A DNA stretch of 64,000 nt from the IMG/VR virus record IMGVR_UViG_3300048014_000015, positions 1-64,000 of that record. One strand, given 5' to 3'. Shown here piece by piece: positions 8,837 through 17,934 of this stretch (the stretch's first letter is position 1; each line of letters opens with the position of its first letter). The translations under genes and the position numbers were made by a program. The DNA is from a virus. Under the pieces are notes generated by a model that searched no databases, was not told the DNA's origin, and worked only from the letters and a program-made list of their open reading frames with translations.

Positions 8837-10945
8837 TTAGCGATGACCAAACTCATCTATAATACGTTGATGTTCTTCAGGTGTTAAATATACTAAATGA
8901 GTAACTACGTTATTATATGGACCAGTAAGTAGACGGTAAGAATATACTGACGGTTCGTGGGTTTCTGGCGAATGACCACCCGCGTACAGCGGTGTATATG
9001 AGATTCTAAACGAATCCCCAGTATCTATATGATTGATCGATCCCTGACTTATAGGCCCTAGGTTATCATTATATGGTAGTAACCCGTTTATATGATTTGC
9101 TCTACCTTCATCCCACCCACCGGGATGGTTACTATACTGTAAATCCCTACGAACTATAATATGTCTCGGATCATCATAATCTTCAAATTTATCAGCTAAT
9201 ATACTATCAGCATGTCTATTACTACTAACTCCACCAACTTGACCAACGAATGGACGTATTTCATTCTCTGGTGCCCTACCGTATTTCTTAACCATAATAC
9301 GATTTAATCTTTTTTTATCTCTTGTATTCAATACCTTTTTATCTTGTGTTACCAGGTTAGGTTTAGATTGCAATGATCTATATCGAGTTATAATTCCTGA
9401 TGGTCCAGGTGGGCCGATTCCCTTTTCTTTAGAAATATGTATTAGGTTATTTTCTTGTGCATACCTTTCTGCTATATCTAGTGCTTTTCCTGTAAATTGT
9501 CCATTTTGTAACTGTCTTCTAGTAACATTCCCAAAACGATCAACATATGCTTTGAGTCTATGACCTAGTTCTTCTGGTGGTCGTAAATGTTGTGTACTCC
9601 TGAATATCTTGGTAGTTCTGACTCTGTTACGATTTCTTAGTTTTTCAATAAGTGGGGAATAGTGTGTTATTATACCGGTTGGTCCACCCTTTTTCTTAGA
9701 TATTTGTATTAGGTTATTTTCTTGTGCATATTTTTCTGCTATAGCCAATGCTTTTGGGGTGAATACACCAGTACGGTATAAATCGTTTTTCCCTAGTATT
9801 TTTCCTTTACGCTCTACAATAGTTTTTAATCTGTGTCCTAATTCTTCTGGTGGCCGTAAATGCTGTTTATCTTTATACCTGTTAACAGCCGCAATTCTTT
9901 GTCTTAATTGTGTAATACGTTTTTTAGCTTTATCACTCAAATTATCCATTATATCGTTACCCTTTTCAGAGTAACGTATCACTTTCCTACTTAATCTCTT
10001 TACACCTTTATGATCCCATAATTTACATCCCCAATTAGTCTTTACATTCATATGTACTTGATTGTTAAAGCAGTATAAATTACCACCACTTTTATCTGCT
10101 TTATGGTGTCTACCATACTTACACGACCCGCAAGATTTTCCAGATATAGACTTAGGTAGTACTACTAACTCTACTTTCTTAGCTCTATCTTTTTGTGCAG
10201 GAGTAAGGTTAGGTCTTCTATAGGTTATTACTTGTATACGTTTACGAGATAGTTTCTTAGGTTTCAATAATCTATTCTTAGTTTGTTTTGGTAAACTACT
10301 AAAGGCTAAAGCAGCAGCATCTTCTGAATTACGTCTACTAGTGTGATATCTCCAATTATTATTAGGGTCACTATATTGGTCGTGGTCGTAACGAGGGTGG
10401 TTATTAATAATTCTTCTTAACCAACTCTCTGGTAATGCTCCATTTATACCATACCAGGTGTAATTGTGTGAACTATTTTCATTTCTACCCCATACCCAAG
10501 TATCGTCAGGACTATATCTAGATTGATTAGGTCTTTTTTTTAATTGTACTAATGCTCTATACCCTTCTGCTCTAGGATCATTACGTTCTTGTAGCCAATC
10601 AGCAAATACAAGTCTTGTATGGTGGTCATCTGGGTTAGCGTCCAATAACTTATGAAAGTCTTCTTCAGTAACTTCGGTAGAATATCGCTTAGGCTTAATA
10701 CGAGATAGTTGTTTAGGTTTATTAGGAACCCACGGCATTATTACGGCACTTAACTGATGGGCAGGTCTACCAAACTCATCATTCTCCCCACCAAATGATA
10801 TAGGCTGATGTTGGGTGGGTCTACGTTGTTGTACCTGTTGAACTGCTGGTGGAGCAGAACCTTGAGATTTAGGTTTAGTCTGTACTGGTGTAGGAACAGG
10901 TACAGTTATTTGCTCAGTAGGTGTATTTCTGCTTATAACTGGCAT
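8837..10945 (-). CDS. large TIGR02996-like domain protein (702 aa) with an internal ~70-aa duplication
   Basis: aa ~94-135 read EEDFHKLLDANPDDHHTRLVFADWLQERNDPRAEGYRAL. Two repeats begin with QHLRPPEELGHRLK. Confidence 0.75.
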   Translation of the reverse strand: MPVISRNTPTEQITVPVPTPVQTKPKSQGSAPPAVQQVQQRRPTQHQPISFGGENDEFGRPAHQLSAVIMPWVPNKPKQLSRIKPKRYSTEVTEEDFHKLLDANPDDHHTRLVFADWLQERNDPRAEGYRALVQLKKRPNQSRYSPDDTWVWGRNENSSHNYTWYGINGALPESWLRRIINNHPRYDHDQYSDPNNNWRYHTSRRNSEDAAALAFSSLPKQTKNRLLKPKKLSRKRIQVITYRRPNLTPAQKDRAKKVELVVLPKSISGKSCGSCKYGRHHKADKSGGNLYCFNNQVHMNVKTNWGCKLWDHKGVKRLSRKVIRYSEKGNDIMDNLSDKAKKRITQLRQRIAAVNRYKDKQHLRPPEELGHRLKTIVERKGKILGKNDLYRTGVFTPKALAIAEKYAQENNLIQISKKKGGPTGIITHYSPLIEKLRNRNRVRTTKIFRSTQHLRPPEELGHRLKAYVDRFGNVTRRQLQNGQFTGKALDIAERYAQENNLIHISKEKGIGPPGPSGIITRYRSLQSKPNLVTQDKKVLNTRDKKRLNRIMVKKYGRAPENEIRPFVGQVGGVSSNRHADSILADKFEDYDDPRHIIVRRDLQYSNHPGGWDEGRANHINGLLPYNDNLGPISQGSINHIDTGDSFRISYTPLYAGGHSPETHEPSVYSYRLLTGPYNNVVTHLVYLTPEEHQRIIDEFGHR

Positions 10946-10974
10946 TGTACTTCTCTTAATTAACTTTTATAAGT

Positions 10975-11427
10975 TTATTGATTAGCTTCTCTAACTTCTC
11001 TATCAATATCATCTTGTTCAGCCTCTTTACTTTTACGTTCTTCATCTATACCGAGTTGCGTTATTTTTGGTTTTTTATGAATAGATAAAAACCCCTTATC
11101 TTGTAGTTCTTTTATCTCAGCAGGAGCTAAGTAAATGTGACGTTTTTTATCTAACATATCCCTATAAGCAGTTATTTGTTGACCATAGATTGAACCAAAT
11201 CCTTGCCATTTTTCTAAACGCTCTTTAGGAGAGCTATGACCATTTAAATCTCTCTTAAATGAGTGTTCATTAGTATACCCCTCATTATTACTCATATTAT
11301 CGGTAAACCTCTTTAAATCCTCACCGTTCCTAGAAAACGATAATATAAAGTCTCTACGTCTACTATACTTATTAACTACATTAAAGTACCTACTAATATC
11401 TCTTTGTCTCTTTATCAAATCCATCAT
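10975..11427 (-). CDS. hypothetical protein
   Basis: The ORF track starts it at TTG 11439. The first ATGs are at 11427/11424, preceded by GGTGGAG. Confidence 0.5.
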   Translation of the reverse strand: MMDLIKRQRDISRYFNVVNKYSRRRDFILSFSRNGEDLKRFTDNMSNNEGYTNEHSFKRDLNGHSSPKERLEKWQGFGSIYGQQITAYRDMLDKKRHIYLAPAEIKELQDKGFLSIHKKPKITQLGIDEERKSKEAEQDDIDREVREANQ

Positions 11428-11566
11428 TTTCTCCACCAAATAATATGGGTGAATGAACTTGAGGACGAACCTGTTTAGGTGCTTCTGACTGTGTTTTAGA
11501 CTGTACAGGCGTAGGTAAAGGAACCTGTATATTAGTTACAGGTTGGTTAGGATTAATAACAGGCAT
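11393..11566 (-). CDS. small hypothetical protein (57 aa), paralogue of the N-terminus of the 8837..10945 product
   Basis: MPVINPNQPVTNIQVPLPTPVQSK...PILFGGENDGF versus MPVISRNTPTEQITVPVPTPVQTK...PISFGGENDEF. TAATG stop/start overlap with the upstream gene. Below the ORF-track size cut-off. Confidence 0.45.
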   Translation of the reverse strand: MPVINPNQPVTNIQVPLPTPVQSKTQSEAPKQVRPQVHSPILFGGENDGFDKETKRY

Positions 11567-14304
11567 TACTTATAGCCCCTAAATGTTCTACGACGACGAC
11601 TATATAAATTTCTACCTGGACTATGTTTACCAATATTAATTTTAAGTTTCTTACCTGGATGCCCGCTAATATCCCAACTCCAATTATTGTTACCTTGTTT
11701 GGCTTTCATAGCTGCATTTATAATCGCATGCTTTAATAGGTTGTGTACTACAGGTATATGTTTTTTACCTAAACCTAAAAATTTAGCTAATGCTCTAGCA
11801 TGTGTGGTAGCGTGATTGTGTGCCCAACTATCAAGAGTATTATGTAATTGGTCATTAGGTGGTTGACTGTTATTAGGTGGTGTCGGTTGTGCAGCAGTCT
11901 TATGTGATTCTGGTAAATAAGGTAATTGATGTAATCCGTGTTCATCACCTCCCCTTACTTTACCTAATAAAGTAAGGGGAGATGGTTGTACGGTAGTCTT
12001 TTGTGGCTCTGGTAAGTAGGGTAGAGAATGATAACCAGCAGGGTCTTCCTCTTGATTTACCCTAGGTGGTGGGGAGTAGTTAGCTGGTCCATACATTGCT
12101 TCCATACCCATATCTAGGGCTGGATCATGCCATTTACTAGTTTTTGGTGAATCTATAACTTTAGGAAATTTAGGTACAGGTGGTTTACCTAAAGCATACC
12201 TTTTTAATAACCTATTACGTCTTTGTTGAATTGGGTCGTTTTCATGTTTCATAATTTTATTCCTAAAGGTGTCTCTAGCTTGTGCTTGATCTTGTGAACC
12301 TACTGTAAAAAAATGTCCTTGTGATGCTTCGATAGGTACTTTTTGTTGTTTAGCAAACTGATGTATAGTATTGGTATTTTGGTTACCCTTATCTGGTAAT
12401 AATATATCTAACCCCTTTTTATGTGGTACAAAGATTCTACTCATTATACCAAACCTATCAAGCTTTACTCGTGTCTCGTATCCAGAACCTTGCATCCGTA
12501 GACGATATAATGTATCTGGTCCACTAGGTCTAACATGAAATACACCATATCCAGGACTATTCGGTAATAATCCATTTACCCAACTACCTAGAGCATGTGC
12601 GGCATTGGGTTGTATTCTTCCATATACTGCCACCGCTACACCTGGAACGGATTGAGTAGGGGTATCGTGCAATGCAGGGAACTGTTTGGTCTTTTGTGCT
12701 CCAACTTTCTTAGCTAACTCCCGAGTACGTTGTACGAATATTTTATGTTCAGGACTACTCGCTTTTAATAGTGCACCAATAAAGTTAGACTTATTGGCTA
12801 ATGAGTACTTTCTAGGTAGCCTTTTACCATTGTCTCTTAGTGATCCATTACTAATTCTTACCCACCCATCATTCTGTTTAGGAAACACTTCTGCTTCATA
12901 AGTAACTTCACTAACGCCGGGTACTTCTTTAAACTTTTTTATAGGTAAATTATTATTTCCTTTACCCCAATTATCCCCATCACCGCCCACATACCACACA
13001 TGACTACCTTTAACAAATATCTGTCCATAACCCGGCATAGCACCATTTTTAGATAATAATTTACCTATAGAAGTTAATTTATTATAATCTAACTTTTTCT
13101 TCTTATACCGAGTAGCTATCTCATTTTGTTTATTAGTAGGATCATTATCGGACTTTTCATGCGGATTGTTTAACGCACTTTTAACACCCCTATATGGTGG
13201 ACTACCATGCCTATTACGTGCTGCTTCCTGAAGTCCCCTATACGCATGTCGTTGTATGGATTCTTCTATCTCTTTATCGCTTGATTCCGGTGATAGTTGT
13301 TTAATTCTGTTAAAAATTCCTATATATCTTGACCTATCGTATCGTGGGGTTCCAGGTTTAGTTCTTCTATCCGAGTCAGCTTCTACAGCGTAATACTCTG
13401 GTGAGTGGGAAAAAGGATTATTAATTGCCGTCACTGGCCTATTTTCTTCTGAAACCTTTCTGAGAACAGAGTAGGTATGTTGATCCAGGTGCAATTTATT
13501 AACTGCATTTAACCAATTATATTTAGCTTTTAATATTGGGTGTTTACTGTGATTTAGTTCATCGTGTAAACCCCATAAAGCCTCTGCATGTCCCCTAAGA
13601 ACTGCTACAGCTAAATTTCTAGCATCTGGTGTACTATGTTTACTATTAGCTATATGCCTTAAAGCATACTCAATAGGAAATCCACGTACTAATGGATGTG
13701 CTGGTTCTTTATATGGGAATCTAGCATATCTTTTAGGATTGTTACTTCTAGGATAAGCGGGTCTACCCTTTTTCTTTAAAAACTCAATAGGTTTAGTTCT
13801 ACGATGCATAGAATAGTAATCTTCTGGTATTGTCTCATCAGGTCGCCAATCTACTCCTTCTGCTTCTGGTGCTTTTCCTCCTAACCCATACATCCATAAA
13901 TGGTATTCAGATAATGGTTTACCGATGAGTTCCCTTGCTTCAGGTAACTTATCCCAATCACCATGTTCAGCTTCACTATGTGGTACTGCTTCTCCTGCAG
14001 ATTGCCATATATACTTGCCATTATGTTTTACAGGTTTATAACCCCTTACAACTTTCCAACCTCTTATAGATGATTGAGACTTACCGTATATCCCTGGTTT
14101 ATTAAGATCAGTATTTACTAATTCACTATACTTTATAGATTTAGTTCTACGATTCATATTAGTATATCCTAACCTATATAACAATCGTTGTAACAGCAGT
14201 AGTTTATTAGGTGGTAGTTCAAGATTAAGTCGCTTTAATTTCTTCTGTTCAAGAAGAAGTTCAGCAACTTTCTTTTCCATCTCCTTCCTGGTCATTATCC
14301 CCAC
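11566..14304 (-). CDS. large hypothetical protein (912 aa)
   Basis: Long uninterrupted ORF with basic K/R-Y-A/S motifs and an internal LPYLPE[PS].K repeat. No enzymatic motif recognised. Confidence 0.7.
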   Translation of the reverse strand: MGIMTRKEMEKKVAELLLEQKKLKRLNLELPPNKLLLLQRLLYRLGYTNMNRRTKSIKYSELVNTDLNKPGIYGKSQSSIRGWKVVRGYKPVKHNGKYIWQSAGEAVPHSEAEHGDWDKLPEARELIGKPLSEYHLWMYGLGGKAPEAEGVDWRPDETIPEDYYSMHRRTKPIEFLKKKGRPAYPRSNNPKRYARFPYKEPAHPLVRGFPIEYALRHIANSKHSTPDARNLAVAVLRGHAEALWGLHDELNHSKHPILKAKYNWLNAVNKLHLDQHTYSVLRKVSEENRPVTAINNPFSHSPEYYAVEADSDRRTKPGTPRYDRSRYIGIFNRIKQLSPESSDKEIEESIQRHAYRGLQEAARNRHGSPPYRGVKSALNNPHEKSDNDPTNKQNEIATRYKKKKLDYNKLTSIGKLLSKNGAMPGYGQIFVKGSHVWYVGGDGDNWGKGNNNLPIKKFKEVPGVSEVTYEAEVFPKQNDGWVRISNGSLRDNGKRLPRKYSLANKSNFIGALLKASSPEHKIFVQRTRELAKKVGAQKTKQFPALHDTPTQSVPGVAVAVYGRIQPNAAHALGSWVNGLLPNSPGYGVFHVRPSGPDTLYRLRMQGSGYETRVKLDRFGIMSRIFVPHKKGLDILLPDKGNQNTNTIHQFAKQQKVPIEASQGHFFTVGSQDQAQARDTFRNKIMKHENDPIQQRRNRLLKRYALGKPPVPKFPKVIDSPKTSKWHDPALDMGMEAMYGPANYSPPPRVNQEEDPAGYHSLPYLPEPQKTTVQPSPLTLLGKVRGGDEHGLHQLPYLPESHKTAAQPTPPNNSQPPNDQLHNTLDSWAHNHATTHARALAKFLGLGKKHIPVVHNLLKHAIINAAMKAKQGNNNWSWDISGHPGKKLKINIGKHSPGRNLYSRRRRTFRGYK

Positions 14305-15200
14305 CCTATTTCATTTATTGCTGGGTATATTAAATCACTGGGATTATCAAGATTGATTTTACTTAATTCTTCTTTCCATACAGATTCAATTCTTGGTGTA
14401 ACTACATCTGTAGGTAAATCGTGATTCTGGTGGACGACAATCGCTGACTCATTAGAACAGGTATAGTTCGCTATACCTAATACCCTACGTCTATGCATCC
14501 AACCAACATCACAACTACCCCACATTGATGTATTAATCATACCTCCGAGTCTCTTCCATGTTTCTCTACTATGTCCCCCAAATATCCAGGATTCCCAAGT
14601 TGGTATACGACTACCCGGCTGAGCTACGATATCAGTAGCTCTATGTGAAAAGTCAGGGTGTCCATTAGTATCATCTTCATAAAACCTATCAATATCTCTT
14701 ACCGCTAGTAGTCCCTTTTCTATCCATTGTACACTATCCAACAATACCTGTTCTTTGGGAGAAAGATAGTATGATCTACAACAGGCGTATAAACCTATAG
14801 GGGTTCGTTTATCAGTTGGTCCCTGATCTATTCTAACTTTTTCAAATTCATCTAATTTCTTTACACAATCCAAAACACTAGTCCTACCAACCATAATTTC
14901 AGGATGGGTAAGTATTATGTGTCTACCTTGTGAGACACGAATACCGTGATTAATGGTTGCAGCACAATCACGCCATTTTTCTTGCTTAGGGTGTGGTGTG
15001 AGTATGGTTGTTTTAATACCAGTACGATGTGACCAGCTATCAACCAGAGCATAGGTACAGTCGGTAGAACTATCGTCTACCACTACCAACTCAAATAGGT
15101 TTTTTGGAAATTCTTGTTTCTCATAACACATTAAGGAACGTTCTAGTAAATGACTACGGTTATATGTAGCCATAACAACTGAACAAATAATCTTATCCAT
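14295..15200 (-). CDS. glycosyltransferase family 2
   Basis: N-terminus CSVVMATYNRSHLLERSL...LVVVDDSSTDCT is the classic GT2 (GT-A, DxD) signature. Confidence 0.85.
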   Translation of the reverse strand: MDKIICSVVMATYNRSHLLERSLMCYEKQEFPKNLFELVVVDDSSTDCTYALVDSWSHRTGIKTTILTPHPKQEKWRDCAATINHGIRVSQGRHIILTHPEIMVGRTSVLDCVKKLDEFEKVRIDQGPTDKRTPIGLYACCRSYYLSPKEQVLLDSVQWIEKGLLAVRDIDRFYEDDTNGHPDFSHRATDIVAQPGSRIPTWESWIFGGHSRETWKRLGGMINTSMWGSCDVGWMHRRRVLGIANYTCSNESAIVVHQNHDLPTDVVTPRIESVWKEELSKINLDNPSDLIYPAINEIGWG

Positions 15201-15217
15201 ATATCTACTCTTTGAAA

Positions 15218-15493
15218 TTATTTTTTATTTGTAAGTTCTTCAATCTTTTCTTTTATAGCGTCATAATCCTCTGTCTTAATAGAGTCCATTTGTCCTATTA
15301 TTTCCCCCTTGATATCATAATAGGTTGTCCATAATGGACCAACCACCACCTTATAAACCTTGTTGTGTACCTTTTTAATATATACGGGTTTATCAGGTTG
15401 GTCTTTGACTGCTAAAAAACCTATACTATCCCAACCACTTTTATAAAGTAGGTTGATAACAATATCCCTACAATCAGTCATAATTGTAGACAT
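15218..15493 (-). CDS. hypothetical protein
   Basis: 91-aa ORF tightly packed between enzyme genes. Confidence 0.6.
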   Translation of the reverse strand: MSTIMTDCRDIVINLLYKSGWDSIGFLAVKDQPDKPVYIKKVHNKVYKVVVGPLWTTYYDIKGEIIGQMDSIKTEDYDAIKEKIEELTNKK

Positions 15494-15495
15494 TA

Positions 15496-16074
15496 CTATT
15501 TCCTTTTATGGTATAGCCAAACATCATGGGGAGAGTACCACCATCCAGGTAATAACTCGTCTACTGCTTTCTTAACACCAGGCCAAACCCTCTCATCGTC
15601 TTTTTCCGTTGATGTACCTACATCATCTCCCGCTATTATACCATTTATCTTAATTTTTGGGAGCCATGCTTTTATTTCTTGAGAGAGATGATTATAGGTG
15701 TGCTGTGTATCCAGGAATAGGAAGGATATACTGTTATTAGGGAATAAAGATGCTGCTCTTATAGAATCGTATACCAATATTGATACTATATCCTGTAACC
15801 CACAGTTATAAACATTAGATATCAATTCAATTGATATCAATCTATTATTATTTATGCTCTGGTTTAAACCTAAACAATTATCTATACCTATCACATTCCA
15901 GGGCTTACCAGATTCTTTAACTCTCTCACCCAGATAACATAATGACCTACCAAGTAGACAACCACATTCTATAAGTAGTCCACCCTCATCAGGACATGCC
16001 AGGTGTTCAATGATATTATCGTAGGTTTCTTTATAATCAAAGAATCCTGTAATATTGTGCCATCGGGTAATCAT
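15496..16074 (-). CDS. class I SAM-dependent methyltransferase (Methyltransf_24 / sugar O-MTase-like)
   Basis: LIECGCLLGRSLCYLG (motif I-like) and FLFLDTQHTYNHLSQEI...GIIAGDD. Confidence 0.7.
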   Translation of the reverse strand: MITRWHNITGFFDYKETYDNIIEHLACPDEGGLLIECGCLLGRSLCYLGERVKESGKPWNVIGIDNCLGLNQSINNNRLISIELISNVYNCGLQDIVSILVYDSIRAASLFPNNSISFLFLDTQHTYNHLSQEIKAWLPKIKINGIIAGDDVGTSTEKDDERVWPGVKKAVDELLPGWWYSPHDVWLYHKRK

Positions 16075-16084
16075 AGGTTCTCTG

Positions 16085-17563
16085 TTAGTTTAATATCCCT
16101 ATACCCATCCATTGTTCATCATCACTTCTAATAAACTCAATGGCTGGGCGAGTTTTCTTTAGTTCGCGGTAGAGTGTTGGTGTGCCGCCATTTTGGGCTT
16201 CTCTCTTTACACAGGCATCTTTGATATCGTGAAACATTACTAAAGGAGAATCTTTTAATCTTTCATAATCCGATTTAGCAGCATTGTAATTATGGTCAGC
16301 ATCTATAATCACTAAATTAAAATCCCTACCACTAAAGTCATTAGACGTTACACCATACTTATACTCAAGTCCCGGTAATTGTATTGGTGGTTCATACTTA
16401 TATAGGTCAATTGCTGTATATATTATATCATCAATAAATTTACCTATATAAGTATGAAGTATAGCACTTAAGTAACCGTGAAAACACCCCACCTCTAGTA
16501 TACGAAAACGACCATACCCAGTAATTTCTAGACTCAACCATATTAGAAAGTGTGCTAATTCTTCTGGATGCTGCCACAATCCAGGACGTTTTAATGGTGC
16601 TTTAGCAAATTCCCACTCACCATACATCGGTCTACCATCGTTATACAGTCCTACAGAGGCTAGTAAACTTGATAAATATTGTGGATTCCTTAACTGTTGG
16701 TATGTGCTAGAATTTAGCTTTTCTAGTGTAGTTTCTAGTCTATTGGATGGGTTGGGTGTGAGCATTTTATAAGCATCTAGTAAAGTACCATCTTCTAATC
16801 CTGCTCCACGTTGAGAATAGAAAGCATAATGTACGAATGGACCGCAACTACCAGCAATTACGTTAGGTCTACTTACTCTTTTGGGTTCTTGGTGGGCTAA
16901 CCAGGCCTCTTCATCATTAGACATGGTATTAGCCCACACCGCACAATCAGAACCCAACCAACTGATAACATTGATCGAATGTCTTAGGTAATCTGGTGGC
17001 CCTAAAACAATATCTGGTAGGTGCCAACTATCTGGATTAGGGTCGTTAATAAAATCTTGATGTAATAACCTAACAAACTCTGACGAACCCCAACCTACTT
17101 GATCCATACACCCTACACCAACTGTTCCACGAGATAACGGAATACGACCTAATTTCTGATGTTCTCTTGATGTAAGGGCAGTATTGATTACATTGCCATA
17201 AACTAAGAAAGGATGTTGATTTTCTATACGACAATTAGCAAGTGCTTTTATTGCTCCAGGATGGTAGTAAACAATATCGTCATCAAGTCTGATATATACG
17301 GTGTCTTTGTCGGTACTATGTGGAAAGAACTTATGTATCCGGTAGGCCACCGGATGATATATCGGTTCTGGTATTTGGACCAATTGACATTTTGGATGCT
17401 TGCATAATTCATGTATGTAGTCTATATCAGGTTGGTGGTCAGTGTTTAGCCATATATCCCACCTATCTACGTCAAGATCAGCAAGCAATCTAGGTGCAAG
17501 TACCCCCATATACTGGTTACGACCAGCGGGAGTACATACTACTACTTTATAACCTTTAATCAT
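16085..17563 (-). CDS. two-domain protein: N-terminal glycosyltransferase-like (DxD) domain fused to a C-terminal class I SAM methyltransferase
   Basis: N-terminal part has VVVCTPAGRN...YIRLDDDIVYY. C-terminal part has RILEVGCFHGYLS...LVIIDADHNYNAAKSDYERL...MFHD. Confidence 0.65.
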   Translation of the reverse strand: MIKGYKVVVCTPAGRNQYMGVLAPRLLADLDVDRWDIWLNTDHQPDIDYIHELCKHPKCQLVQIPEPIYHPVAYRIHKFFPHSTDKDTVYIRLDDDIVYYHPGAIKALANCRIENQHPFLVYGNVINTALTSREHQKLGRIPLSRGTVGVGCMDQVGWGSSEFVRLLHQDFINDPNPDSWHLPDIVLGPPDYLRHSINVISWLGSDCAVWANTMSNDEEAWLAHQEPKRVSRPNVIAGSCGPFVHYAFYSQRGAGLEDGTLLDAYKMLTPNPSNRLETTLEKLNSSTYQQLRNPQYLSSLLASVGLYNDGRPMYGEWEFAKAPLKRPGLWQHPEELAHFLIWLSLEITGYGRFRILEVGCFHGYLSAILHTYIGKFIDDIIYTAIDLYKYEPPIQLPGLEYKYGVTSNDFSGRDFNLVIIDADHNYNAAKSDYERLKDSPLVMFHDIKDACVKREAQNGGTPTLYRELKKTRPAIEFIRSDDEQWMGIGILN

Positions 17564-17891
17564 TTTTTACCCATTTGTTGTGGTGGTCACATGGGTACAA
17601 CTCATCCCACCTTTTACCTAATATATCTCGTGTTAGGTTTCTACCAGGACTATAAAAATAACTTCTAAAAGTATCTATAAATTCTCTTAAATTGTGCCAC
17701 TCTTCTACATGTCCTGGATGATCTTCTAAAAAGTCGGCAATAATACCAGATAATTGACCATCTACTCTACCATCAGTTCTTTGCCATTGAGCGTATAAAT
17801 TATAAAATTCTTCTGAACACTTAACATATTCTCCCACCATTAAAGAAGGATTATAAAAATAAAAGCCTTTTGAGAGAAATTCATTTCCCAT
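17556..17891 (-). CDS. hypothetical protein
   Basis: 111-aa ORF with an 8-nt overlap with the downstream gene. Confidence 0.6.
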   Translation of the reverse strand: MGNEFLSKGFYFYNPSLMVGEYVKCSEEFYNLYAQWQRTDGRVDGQLSGIIADFLEDHPGHVEEWHNLREFIDTFRSYFYSPGRNLTRDILGKRWDELYPCDHHNKWVKND

Positions 17892-17934
17892 ATCTATAAT
17901 CTCATAGGTTATATATTATGGGCTATTTATAAAG

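Noticed and set aside
8623-8887. ORFs 8623..8856 (-) and 8690..8887 (+) at the GT-B gene start.
   Set aside because: They overlap the start of 7718..8800 and the end of 8837..10945 in other frames. They have no independent support.
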